DNA of 64,000 nucleotides from Octopus vulgaris (taxonomy: Eukaryota), in NCBI GenBank assembly GCA_951406725.2, contig OX597821.1, positions 30,194,001 through 30,258,000 on the forward strand, read 5' to 3'. Below are positions 1 to 12,741 of this stretch, piece by piece. The notes beneath the pieces are model-generated. The model worked only from the letters and a program-made list of their open reading frames with translations, was not told the DNA's origin and did not search any database. The stretch's first letter is position 1; every line of letters begins with the position of its first letter. The position numbers and the translations under genes are program-made.

Positions 1-118
1 GTCACGACTATAGTTGACATGTAAGAAAAATCGGTTTTAACATCAGTAAATAGTAGGTAACATCTGTAAACAGACTATCACGAAACATTATAATATAATA
101 TGCGTGTGTATGCATGTC

Positions 119-173
<55 letters not shown>

Positions 174-176
174 CAT

Positions 177-234
<58 letters not shown>

Positions 235-1405
235 TTATGTATATATTATATTATATGTGTGCGTGTATACATATAAATGTCTGTGCTTTTGTGTATGATT
301 ATATAAAGATATGTTTGTATTTGCGTGTACGTATATAGCATGTGTGAATGTGCTCTTATTAATATACATGGCAAGCAGATAGATATATGTTCAAAACAAA
401 TTTCTGTATTATATAAGTGAACTTCACATGCAATCTCGTTATCTCTTTATCATCAGATCAATTCCTATTGAAATATTTGTCTATCTGCCATTAAATAGAC
501 ATATTCACCCAATGGATACGGCGTTTCTGGTTTTATTGTGTAAGTTTGATACTTTTTCTATCGGTCTCGTTTGTCAAGGCGCTATTTTATGCGAACTTAA
601 CTAGCTAACACCGGTTATCAAAGATTTGAGGGACAAACACAAATACATATACATGTTTAAACGACTGGCTTGTACAATGTTTTCAGCTGCAGATTTCTCT
701 TACCAGGTATTAGTTGGCGTGGGGCTACATAGGGGCCACTTCCTACGAAACCGGAAACCATGTGACGCTAAATCGATTCTGCTACCTTCCCGCTTGAAGA
801 GCTCAAAGAAATAATAAAAATAAATAAATAAAAACTGCAATCCTAGGTGAGGGATAGAGAGGGAGAGGAGGAGAGAGGGGAAGAGAGAGAAGAAAATGTA
901 CACAAAAAGTTGTTAGAGCATGGTGTCTATGCAAACACAAAGTAAAAATATAAACACGAAAAACAAAACAAACACATACAAAACAAAAATAAAACAAACA
1001 AACGGCTATGATTTTGATACAATTAAAAAAAGAAAACTATACAGAATACGATGATAAAATAACGAATTACTTTAACTTAACCCATTGCACTCATTAAAAA
1101 GTTACCATGTTGAAGATTTTGTAGAAGGGTTATACAATTGTGTCGAGACGTTCAAATAAATTATAGTTAGCTAAAGAAAGAAAGAAAAGAAATGAAATTC
1201 ATACTTTAGAGGTGAGAAAAGTTTATGGCTGGGAAACAGAAATATACACGGGGAAATGTAAAACTAGACATATATTGTGGAGATAGACTGCCATTTACAA
1301 ATGGCGAAAACGATTCAATTAGATCCGAGTTATTTGCAATTATTGGAAAGAAATATTAGCGGAACAAGACTACAAGAATGTGTCTGAGTTGCCATTAATA
1401 GTATA

Positions 1406-1458
<53 letters not shown>

Positions 1459-1544
1459 CAAACACGAACACAAACACATATAGATTTGGTGCTGCATAGG
1501 TAGAAAATGGAACTCATTACCTAGTGTGAGTGTTTGTATGTATG

Positions 1545-1579
<35 letters not shown>

Positions 1580-1975
1580 ATATATATGTGACAATAAATA
1601 TGTCAGTTGTAGAGAGATAAAGACAAAAAGTGGAAAAAGACGCGATGGCTTGGAACAGAAGAACTAAAGGGAAGAAAAAAAAACAAAAGGGAGAAAGAAA
1701 GAGAAGAAATAGAGGAGGGGAGGCACGGGATAGAAGAATGAAGCTAGAATCAAAGTGGTTTTTGTATAATGTACTAGGTCACCACACCCATAAACATTTA
1801 CATTGGGGATAAACCTCGGATCCAGCCTGAAGAATGCACAGAGTTCTCTACTATTATCAAGCATTTTGTTAGTGTAGTATATGTACAATGACAGGGTAGT
1901 TATAAAGTACATTTCCCGGATTCATAATCCCTCATTAATAAATTTCTCTCCCCCTTTCTCCTGCTCTCTCTATCT

Positions 1976-2007
<32 letters not shown>

Positions 2008-2011
<4 letters not shown>

Positions 2012-2186
2012 TCAACAATATAAAGGAATGACCCTGGTGGGCCATTCGTCTCACTAGAAAGAGCAGCCATACTCAAGCCACTAAATACAAGTAATTCAGA
2101 AACTACTATTTAGCGGTTTGAGTATGGCTGCTCTTTCTAGTGAGACGAATGGCCTACCAGGGTCTATCCTTTATATTGTTGAATTT
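2008..2186. repeat. ~80-bp inverted repeat (fold-back) inserted in a (TA)n array
   Basis: aaattcaacaatataaagga...ctaaata (2008-2087) pairs with tatttag...tcctttatattgttgaattt (2107-2186) with few mismatches. TA repeats on both sides. Confidence 0.9.
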
Positions 2187-2278
2187 ATATATATATATAT
2201 AGTCTGCGACTATTTTCTCTTCTCACTAGACCGCAAGTGCCGAAAAAATTTCTATTGAATTTTTTGCTACCCTTATAT

Positions 2279-2422
<144 letters not shown>

Positions 2423-2608
2423 TATATAATTAGGGCTTAGTAAAATAAATTACTTTGCCACATACTGAACTTAGTAGAAATAGCAGCCAAAAAAATTTTC
2501 TTAGCATTTCTACTACTTAAAGAAAATTTCTCTCAGATAATGTTTACTCTAGACAGCTCACGAAGGTTTGGGGGTAAATACAGAAAAATATCACAAGTAC
2601 ATAGATCG

Positions 2609-2671
2609 TTTGAGTACGTCAACGTTCCAAGATTAGCCAAATAAAATCAGCATTTCTTTCGTCAGCTCAAA
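2609..2671 (-). ncRNA. Type I hammerhead ribozyme, mutated copy (GGAA instead of GAAA)
   Basis: Minus strand: uuugag-CUGACGA-aaga(...)ucuu-GGAA-cg uuga cg-UA-cucaaa. Confidence 0.7.
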
Positions 2672-3171
2672 ATTTCTTAATTTGGATTTGGAAACACTAA
2701 AAAGAAGGAACTTTACCTATCAGCGACTTGTCGCTTCAGATGAACCACTCCAACTAACAGTGTCAACAAATTCTAAATGCGCAGGCGTAAAATTCTGCAC
2801 TCCCCATTCCACCCACGTGGTCTATCTAGCAAACATTATATTTTAACCGCGAGAACCGAGGCAGTATGACCGAGAGATATGAATTATAATATCAACAATT
2901 GAGGGTAAAATTAATTAATTAATCAATTACACCAAGTGTTCAGTATGTAAAAGGACCATTTAAGGCGAATTCAAAATATTACATTATATAATTAGGGCTT
3001 AGTAAAATAAATTACTTTGCCACATACTGAACTTAGTAGAAATAGCAGCCCAAAAAAATTTTCTTAGCATTTCTACTACTTAAAGAAAATTTCTCTCAGA
3101 TAATGTTTACTCTAGACAGCTCACGAAGGTTTGGGGGTAAATACAGAAAAATATCACAAGTACATAGATCG

Positions 3172-3234
3172 TTTGAGTACGTCAACGTTTCAAGATTAGC
3201 CAAATAAAATCAGCATTTCTTTCGTCAGCTCAAA
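3172..3234 (-). ncRNA. Type I hammerhead ribozyme, canonical core, GUA cleavage triplet
   Basis: Minus strand: uuugag-CUGACGA-aaga(22 nt)ucuu-GAAA-cg uuga cg-UA^-cucaaa. Stem I 6 bp, stem II 4 bp plus a distal helix, short stem III. Confidence 0.85.
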
Positions 3235-3329
3235 ATTTCTTAAGCTCCTTCTATATAATAAATTAATTTTACTCTGCTATGTATTGAGTACCTTACTTAC
3301 TGTGGTTAACCCCGAATCAACCCGGGACC

Positions 3330-3369
<40 letters not shown>

Positions 3370-3372
3370 GAA

Positions 3373-3452
3373 ATAAAGTAGCGTGCTTACGAACCAAATT
3401 ATTCCGGGTTCAGTTCCACTGCTTGGCAACTTGGGCATGTATCTTCTACTAT
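3373..3452 (+). mobile_element. Truncated tRNA-derived SINE head
   Basis: B-box-like ccgggttcagttccactg...ttgggcatgtatcttctactat, matching the reverse complement of the SINE copies at 43100-43258 and 51220-51378. Confidence 0.6.
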
Positions 3453-5865
3453 GTGATAGTCCAATGGATTGAGATTTGGGGAATTAGGAGGCCAAATGTT
3501 TGGAGTTATGTGGTCAGGAAAATTTTCAGCCATCCATTCCTGGGTTACTAGAGCCACGTTTGATAGTGCAGAGTCTTACTGAAACACATATGACCTTCCA
3601 ATGCATACAATGTCTATCCAGGGGTTAACAATTATTTCCAGGACTTCAATGTTAACTATAATCCCTATGGAAAGAAGTAAGTTGGCATCGTTTGTCCTTC
3701 ATTGCTGATAACCCCTAAAACATGACAGTTTCCGGAAATTGTGTATGCATAACACTGTACATAACCATCTGTCGCTTCTGTTAACTGTTTGAGAAAAACC
3801 AAATACTTCTGCTAGATTTTCAGTTTGTTTAAAGGCCTTTTAGATTTGATGTAGTGATTTTCTTTTGCTTTTTTCTGACAAATTGAGCTCTACTCATCAT
3901 ATAAAACTTATATCTGATACCACCGTGGACAACATTTCTGACTGTTCCTTCTGACACATGGGGATTGCAATTGGCCTCATGGATTTTCTGGGATTATAAA
4001 CAATGGTCTGTTGAACTTGCTGAATAAATTCAGGCGTTCTGATGATTTCAGAGCATTTAGAATGCGTTTTATGCTGGTGCAAGAGTCACGGCCCTGACGG
4101 CATACACCCACGGGTTATCAAAGCGTTGGCTCCGGTCATCTGCGAGCCCTTAACACGTCTATTCAATATGTCATTGGCGACGAGTGTTATACCTGCGGAC
4201 TGGAGAACAGCGATAATCTGCCCAATTTTCAAGAAAGGGAGCCGCGAAGACCCACTTAACTACCGACCGGTTTCCCTTACATCAATAATCAGCAAGATGT
4301 TCGAAACAATCCTTAAGAAAAGTATGATGCTCCACCTCCAAAACAGCCTTTATCTCTGATTCCCAACACGGCTTCGTGTCGAAGAGATCATGCTTGACCA
4401 ACTTACTGGTAATGGAAGAATTGGTGACGCGCATCCTCGATGATAGTGATGCTGTTGACATCGTTTTATTGGACTTTGCTAAAGCTTTTGACTCGGTAAA
4501 CCACCGCCTATTACTTGTCAAGCTTCAAGCATATAGTTTCCATCCGGATATTGTACGATGGGTTGGTGCCTTCCTCTCAGATCGCTCCTTCCAAGTCCAA
4601 GTTAATGGTTCGCGGTCCGACGTTTCCAGTGCGAGCAGTGGCGTGCCTCAAGGTTCAGTGCTTGGGGCCTTATTGTTCTTAGTCTTCATAAATGACTTGC
4701 CCGACGACCTTACGCCACACACCCTTCTATTTGCCGACGATGTCAAACTGGTCGCTCCTCGCGGTGATATAGAGGATCTTCGTCGATGCCTCCACCAAAT
4801 TTGGAGATTGTCTAACGAATGGGACCTGTGTCTGAACGTGTCAAAGTGCTGTCATCTGCCTGTTGACTCTCCTCCTGCAACTCAACTTGATTTCGAGCCG
4901 GGTCGTCTGCTGCTGGAGAGGACCGATCAGGTAAAGGACATGGGTATCTTGGTGGATTCCTCCTTTTCGCCTTCGGCCCAGTGCGTCCATGCTGCCAACA
5001 AAGCACTCGGAGTTCTGTTCTTGATTCGACAGTCATTCGGAATGCTCACAGCAGCCATATTCCTACCACTCTATATCACGCTGGTGAGACCCATATTGGA
5101 GTACGGGATTCAAGCCTCTTCTCCTTATCTCCTCAAAGACATACAGCATCTCGAAAGAGTCCAGAAGCTGGCTACCCGCATGGTTCTTGGTCTCAAGAAT
5201 TTGTCTTATGAAGAAAGGCTGAAGACGCTCGACCTTTATTCTCTAGAAAAATGACGACGCCGTGGTGATCTCATTCCTGCTCACAACATCATAAGCGGAA
5301 AGTGTAACCTCTCGAAAGAGCTGTTCTTCACTCCTGCTCCAGAGCGTCGGCTGTGGGGTCATTCCGAAAAGCTCTATCTGCGACGATTTCATCTCAATCG
5401 AAGGAGAGGGGCTTTCTCCGTCCGGGTTGCGGATCCGTGGAATAAACTGCCAGACGAGATGGTGAAGATGCCGACGACCGCTCGGTTCAAAGTCTCCCTT
5501 GACCACAAGTGGCCTGAACTCTTTACCTGAATACCACCCTGTACATAACTCCATGTCCCCCTACATGGCCTTGCTTTTTGCTTTTTGAGCCAAAAAATTA
5601 ACTAACTAACTAACTAACTAACTGTCTTCATTCTCTAGCTCCTTACAAACTTTGTAGATGAACGATCTGGCAAATTTTAACAATCGAGTTATTACTAAAT
5701 CGCTATGATCAGCTTTTATAACCACAAAAACAGCATGCCTCTTCATTTGTTGGGTAAGCTGAGGGTCTGCCATTATTGTTTTCTGTAACAAAGATTACAC
5801 AGAGCTGGCAAAATTTGCTCCAATGACCCAAAAGTGGAATGTCCTCAAATACCTTACGCACCATG
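3453..5865 (-). pseudogene. Decayed Tc1/mariner-superfamily (maT/DD37D-like) transposase, interrupted by a LINE at 4081-5623
   Basis: Manual minus-strand translation: MADPQLTQQMKRHAVF (ATG at 5773)...IRTPEFIQQVQQTI..NPRKSMR..VSEGTVRNVV...YVFQ*DSA...TQEWMAENFPDHITPNIWPPNSPNLNPLDY. The last motif is WPPNSPDLNP(L)DY-type. Contains stops and frameshifts. Confidence 0.85.
4081..5623 (+). mobile_element. 5'-truncated CR1-like LINE (ORF2 reverse transcriptase, disrupted) with (TAAC)n tail
   Basis: GPDGIHPRVIK, NYRPVSLTS, DFAKAFDSV, GVPQGSVLG, FADD motifs. One frameshift near 4350, in-frame TGA at 5252-5254. 3' tail (taac)n at ~5599-5623. Confidence 0.95.
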
Positions 5866-6101
5866 AATATATATATAAATTAGAAATATTGAATTTCTAA
5901 ATGTCTCAGAGAGACATAAGCGGTGGTGGAGCGGTATAGTGGTCGTATACTGTCAACTCAATGTGACAGTCCCGTAAGGGAATTACATCACCGCCATTTA
6001 GCACGAGGAAACATCGACGTCTCCTGTCGGCTTTGACACATTTTCTGTGTCCTTATATTTGCAAAGGGGAGGCGATCACACCCGGAGGCCGGGACAAGGC
6101 A

Positions 6102-6147
6102 CCTGAAGACATATGGTTCTGAGTGTATTGCTCATCGTCAGTTCAGG
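6102..6147 (-). ncRNA. Type I hammerhead ribozyme, GAAC core variant, GUC triplet
   Basis: Minus strand: ccugaa-CUGACGA-ugag caauaca cuca-GAAC-cauaug-UC-uucagg. Confidence 0.75.
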
Positions 6148-7332
6148 GTAGCCTGCCTCTTTCTCTTTATTATAGGCACAATGGCCTGACTGAAGAGGGG
6201 ACATAACAATACAATACAGGACATGGGGTACATATAATAAAAAAAAACATGATATGAAATGAATTATTAACAATGAATTAATGAAATGGCTTACGAGCCC
6301 CGCAAAGCTCGCAGTTTCATTAATATTACAGTTCTACTATCTGGGGTGTTCGTCCGTAATGTAAACGAGTAATTCATCTTGCTCTATAACTCCGGGTAAA
6401 CTGTCATATCGAACGTAATGCGATATGGTTACAACTGTATCTGAAAACAAATTTATTAATTTATTCACCGTATCTTTTTGGTGAGGGAGAGAGAAGAGGA
6501 GAGAACAGAAGAAAGAGAGGATAGAAAGCGAACACGGCTGGAATCACCACGCAAAGACCAAAAAAAAAAGAGAAAAAGGCTAAAAGGAAGGATGCTGACG
6601 AGACAGAGGATCGAACGCACGAAGGGAGAGATAGAGCAACTGAAGTGAGTGAAGGTTCAAGGTGGGAGGAAGCGATAAAATGGTCAACAAAAGTGGAAGA
6701 ATGTCTGAAAACATGCAAGGAAGGAGGAAGACCCAAAGGAAATATGTCAGAGCTGTAATATTGTACAGAAAAGATAAAGAAACTGAGAAAAAATTAGCAG
6801 TAACGAAGAATCTAACGAGAGTGAAATTGAACCCGAGTATGTATGATGACAGATCAAAGGCTGCAATAGTGGAAAAAGAGACGGTGGATAAATTAATAAA
6901 TTTGTTTTCAGATACAGTTGTAACCATATCGCATTACGTTCGATATGACAGTTTGCCCGGAGTTATAGAGCAAGATGAATTACTCGTTTACGTTACGGAT
7001 GAACTCCCAAGATAGTAGAACTGTAATATTAATGAAACTGCGAGCTTTGGGTGGCTCGTAAGACATTTCATATAATTCCTTGTTAATAATTCATTTCATT
7101 TCATATCATCCTTTTTATTTTTTATTTTTATTATATGTACCCCATGTCCTGTATTGTATTGTTATGTCCCCTCTTCAGTCAAGCCATTGTGCCTATGATA
7201 AAGAGAAAGAGGCAGGCGACCCTGAACAGTGTTTGTGTCGGTTTTTCGGATTTGCGGTTGTACGTTGTATTTGTTGATTGTTGTTGTTGAGAGCTGATGC
7301 GTCGTGTTGAATTGTTGAATTCTTTGTTGGGT

Positions 7333-7945
7333 ATGCAAGCCCAAACTTATGCGGGAGCAGCTGGCAAGGGCCTGGCTGCGAACGAATTACAGTTGGAAGA
7401 AATAATTATCGAGAAGGAAAATTTGAGGAAATACTACGACAGCTTCAAGAAGGAAGGAGACTGTCTGAGGGTTACACCACCTGAAGACGAAGTGAAAGAA
7501 GCGGAGAAAAAATCAAAACATACAGAACATGGAATGTGGTCTCAAAGAGAATAGAAGTAACAGAGGTGGAAGAGATTGAAAAATGTCTACAAGAAATTAA
7601 AGGAAGAACTACCTTCTACAATAGAGGTAGAAATACGCTACGGTAGACGTTCGCTTCGAAAATGAAAACGAAGCGAAAAGGAACGCCACGACAGTGTTGA
7701 GATCGGAAAAATGGGTTTTACTCCCTAATTATTGTGGAAAAAGAGCAGTGAGGATACGAATAAGCCAAATCCCTCCGGAGCTTGATACCGAAAGAATTGT
7801 AGCTGCAATAATCTACAACTGCAAGGAAATATTGTTTTCTGATACAGTTGTAACCATGAAGTATTACGTTCGATATGACAGTTTGCCCGGAGTTATAGAG
7901 CAAGATGAATTACTCGTTTACATTACGGACGAACATCCCAGATAA
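7333..7945 (+). pseudogene. Frameshifted non-LTR retrotransposon ORF1-like (RRM-type Gag-like) protein, probably internally deleted
   Basis: MQAQTYAGAA...EEIEKCLQEIKGRTTFYNRGRN/ATVDVRFENENEAKR...WVLLPNYCGKRAVRIRISQIPPELDTERIVAAI resembles Tx1/L1-type ORF1 N-termini (by-eye similarity). Confidence 0.55.
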
Positions 7946-8138
7946 TATAACTGTAATATAAATGAAACTGCGAGCTTTGGGGGCCTCGTAAGCCATTTCA
8001 TTAATTCATTGTTAATAATTAATTTCATTTCATATCATCTTTTTTTTTATTATATGTACCCCATGTCCTGTATTGTATTGTTATATCCCTCTTCAGTCAG
8101 GCCATTGTGCCTATAATAAAGAGAAAAGGCAGGCTACT

Positions 8139-8182
8139 CTGAACTGACGATGAGCAATACGCTCAGAAACATATGTTTTCAG
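8139..8182 (+). ncRNA. Type I hammerhead ribozyme, canonical core, GUU triplet, palindromic minimal stem III
   Basis: cugaa-CUGACGA-ugagc aauac gcuca-GAAA-c auau g-UU^-uucag. Predicted cleavage after 8177. Confidence 0.88.
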
Positions 8183-8343
8183 GTCCCTTGTCCCGGCTTG
8201 CAGGGGTGATCGCCTCCCCTTTGCAAATATAAGGCCACAGAAAATATGTCAAAGCCTACAGGAGACGTCGATGTTTCCTCGTGCTAAATGGCGGTGATGT
8301 AATTCCCTTACGGGACTGTCACATTGAGTTTCCAGTATACGAC

Positions 8344-8346
<3 letters not shown>

Positions 8347-8428
<82 letters not shown>
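8347..8428. repeat. (TA)n microsatellite
   Basis: Pure TA run. Confidence 0.95.
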
Positions 8429-8430
<2 letters not shown>

Positions 8431-9523
8431 CTTAGGCAACTTTGTGTTAAAACTCAATATACATGTGTTTCTGTACGAAGTATCAACTGTGTACACACCG
8501 CTAATATGTAGCTTGTATGAAAAAGAAATACAAAATTTTGTTATTAACTCCATTAGCTTACACCTGTTTCTACTATATTGTACAATGCAACTACGACTTC
8601 ATCGGAGTTTTAAACACGAAGACGACCAGATGCTACAACACTGCGAAATATCCTCATATGTAGAAGTATAAGTGCATATACATCTACGATTATGCACATA
8701 TCGATACACACATACATGCATGTAACTTACAATGCATATAACTTACAATGCATAACTCTCATTTAACATATAGTGGCGCCACTGAGTTCCCCAATAAGGG
8801 ACATGCATATTGTACGAAAAAATGCTGTATGTCAGAAATATAGATAAGGTATTCGCATCTGTGTTCTGTTATTACTAAGTCTATTCTATAAGGGTTAACC
8901 TGTTGTTAAACAACTGAATTAGGAGAATTATGAAGGGAGGCAACCGAGAAACAGCTCTTACGATTCAATATGTTGTAAAGTATATGTATTTTTAATGTAA
9001 TCATTGAGAATTTTCGCTTTCCAGAAATAGTTTCTATAACTGACTCCTCTAATGCTTTGCAAAAAAATATATTCTCGCCAGAGGTTATGAAGATCTAATT
9101 ATATTTTCCTCTGTCATTTTCTCAACATAACCTGGAAGGATTGGAATCATTTCCAGATACGTAACGTAGAAGAACCCAAGCCAATGCAGAGATCAAAGAA
9201 AATCTTTGCTGGATATTTATTAGATTGGTAATTTTTATATATTTTTTTTTGTTTGCTTTAGCTTGTATGAGGAGAGAAAGTCTTTTTTTTGTGTGTGTAC
9301 GGGACTGAAAAATACTATTTTACCAAAAATCAGTGAATATAGTCATTGCTTCTGATTCTGTTCCTAGTATCACATTCTTAGATCAAATATATACAGAGTT
9401 TCTTTTTTTATATAACTAAAAGAACGTGAGAATCGAATAAAGAATAAAGCCGTCTTTCACCCAACAGCATACAATTACAAAGTGAGTTTCTGTATATTTT
9501 AAAGCAGTGGTCTTACTATTTGA

Positions 9524-9569
<46 letters not shown>

Positions 9570-9625
9570 CCACACTCTTATACACACATACGTGTGTGTA
9601 TGTATATATATATACATATATATAC

Positions 9626-9674
<49 letters not shown>

Positions 9675-9684
9675 CATACATACA

Positions 9685-9716
<32 letters not shown>

Positions 9717-10599
9717 CATACATACATATATATATATATATACATAACGAAAATTTAAATAAATAAATGTACAAACAGGAATATATGAATAACAGAAATA
9801 ACTCAAAACAAGTGGCTATCAAGAAAGAAACTAAACTCAATCCTTTGCTTTACTGTTAACAGTTCAATAATTTTGTAGAAGAATTCTTAAGATAAGAAAT
9901 AAATGTAAAAGAAAAAACAAAAAATGGTAGAGACGGCGCGGAATTTCTTAGAAAAAATATTCAAAGTTTAAATATAGATATAAAACAAAGAATTGTTCAC
10001 GCCACAATTTACTGTGAAAGCGAGCAGAAAGAAACGATTCTAGCCAGATAATTTTTTTATTTATATACCCGAACCACTCTAAAAATACTTCAAACCACCA
10101 ACCCTCAACCAAACACCGTCTTGTAAACGCACGCCACTCTAATCACCGTAAGTTCCTTTTCTCTCATTCTAGGGTCAATAAATACTCTCCAACAATTCTT
10201 TCAAGTACCAAACAAGATGGCACTAATTTAATTCTTCTCTAGATTTTCACCGTTGCTTTCTTCCCTGCCCATCTGTATGTCAAACTGCCTGTCTGTCTGA
10301 AAGACTCACTCAATCTAGTCTTTTACATTTTTAACATTCTTTTTGTCAATTTTGCATTTCTTTTCTCTTTTTCGTTTTTATCATATATATTTTTTTCTAA
10401 TTGCAGTCTCAGTCTTCAGGCTTCATTCTTGCTCATTAGAGAAATACGAATCGCTTTAGATGTAATTAACGAAAGCAGTTTCCAGAAATATTCGCTTCAG
10501 GATATTAGTTTAGCTTAAGTTATTAAGCCTGCAGCTTCCAGTCAGCCGCTACACAGATGCACACCTACATACATACATACACACATAGGTAAAGATAGA

Positions 10600-11020
<421 letters not shown>

Positions 11021-11250
11021 ATGAGTGTGGCTGTGTGTATATGTGTATATGTGTCTGCGAATGTAAGTGCGTATGCATATATAAATGTTTACATGCAGAG
11101 AGGGTGTCGAAATAAAACCTGAGGGGGAAAGAGGATGAATTTGAAATTTTGGTGCTAAAGAAAGAACTTTTTATATTAGAAAGCAAGGAAGCGTTGCGCA
11201 GCATAACAACTTCTAAAAGGAGAAAAAAAACGTATCATATGTGTATGCAA

Positions 11251-11293
<43 letters not shown>

Positions 11294-11394
11294 TATGTAT
11301 GTGCATATATATATGTCTTTATATACATGTATATGTATATCTATATATATGTACATATATATATGTATATATATAAACACGCGCGCACACACAC

Positions 11395-11427
<33 letters not shown>

Positions 11428-12144
11428 CATGTGTATATATATATATAGGGAAATAGGGAAATAGAAAGATAATTATAAGGGAAATGGGTTTCCAGAACAA
11501 TGACTTGAAAGGTTCAGTTCCTAATTAATGGTAGGTTTAGCATTAATAATGTTTCATAACTTAATATTGTGAAAGAAAGAGACTGTTCTCCTTATAAGTC
11601 AATTAAATAAACCACCAATAATGAAATTTAGCAATCATATAATATCGATTTCTTTCGCTGCACAGATCCACATTTCCAATGATTAAAACAAGTTCATATA
11701 ATTTACCTCACTATTACTTACCTTATTTAAGTAAGCTACAATGATTAAAAAAAGCAATATCGACCTGGGAGAGTTTTGAACACTGAACATAAAAATTGTA
11801 CGTAAACTAAATACCGTAACGCTATCGGGTTGTTTTTATTTATAAGCCATTCAAGTTCCATCGTCGTTTGGATACCGTTCTGCAAACGTGACTGGTAAGC
11901 GCTGATGTTTTGAGGTCATGTACCTTGTTCTCACTGATATGTGTATGTGGTGTACCCATCCCACGTTTGTTCTCACATCACATTTATCTCAGCAAGACAC
12001 TCTGGATGTGACAGCTAGAATGAGAGAGGGCAACATCAATACTCAATAATATTGAGTGTTGGTGCTGCCTATGATATTGTGTCCATGAGATAGGCTCAAT
12101 ATCATAGGCTCAGCTTATGATACTGTGTCAATATTGGAGCTATA

Positions 12145-12440
12145 AGTAGTTGAAATGCCAAGCTCAAGGACACAACGCGTCTTCTAACCTAACCCAGGAA
12201 TCGAACTCAAGATCTTATAATTGTGGGCTCAACACCCCTAAACACCAGGCTACAAGCTTACAGCCGGAAATTAGAGATTAAGTGAGTGATTAAATCCACT
12301 CCTGTATTTGACTAGTTTATTTTTATTATCAAGCACGGAGCTATAAAACGAGAAGTTAAGCCTGGCGGAAATTAAATTTCAGAATATAAAACGCAATTAT
12401 TTTTTCCTCCGTCACTCTTCCAATTCTTCTAATCCACCGA
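12145..12440 (-). mobile_element. Degraded SINE pieces (tRNA-like head plus a second-family body)
   Basis: gctcaaggacacaacgcg...ggaatcgaactc (reverse B box) and cctggcggaattaaatttcagaa, similar to other SINE copies in the window. Confidence 0.55.
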
Positions 12441-12741
12441 CAATTTGCCACGCCGCCACCTTTCAGGATATTATACAGTATTGATTTGTGTCATAGCGAC
12501 AATATTGCACAGGTTTTTTTTTTGTTATACTGTGAGGGTATAGATGATTTTATTGATTCTGCACTTGAATGTCACTCTGTTTTAACCGAACTGCTAACAA
12601 TAAAAAGTAAAGTCCACTCTGGCTAGATTTGAACTCAGAAGAAATAAATATCACATTGCATTAATCAATCGCGTTACTTACTCTGCCATTCTAAGAAATG
12701 TGCTCACCCAATGTATCACATTGTATCACATTGTATTAGGT

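Larger units (their letters stand above)
5935..8350 (+). mobile_element. Composite element: three copies of an HHR-bearing repeat (one inverted, two tandem) enclosing Gag/ORF1-like coding fragments
   Basis: 5935-6479 is the reverse complement of 6873-7227 (partial) and of 7832-8350. Unique inserts 6480-6872 and 7228-7831 both read into the shared peptide LFSDTVVT..YVRYDSLPGVIEQDELLVY.TDE.PR*. The right end abuts (TA)n. Confidence 0.8.

Noticed and set aside
8555-8609. Minus-strand CCGAUGA...GAAAC aggu GUA, hammerhead-like
   Set aside because: No credible stem II and a mismatched stem I. At best a very decayed relic.
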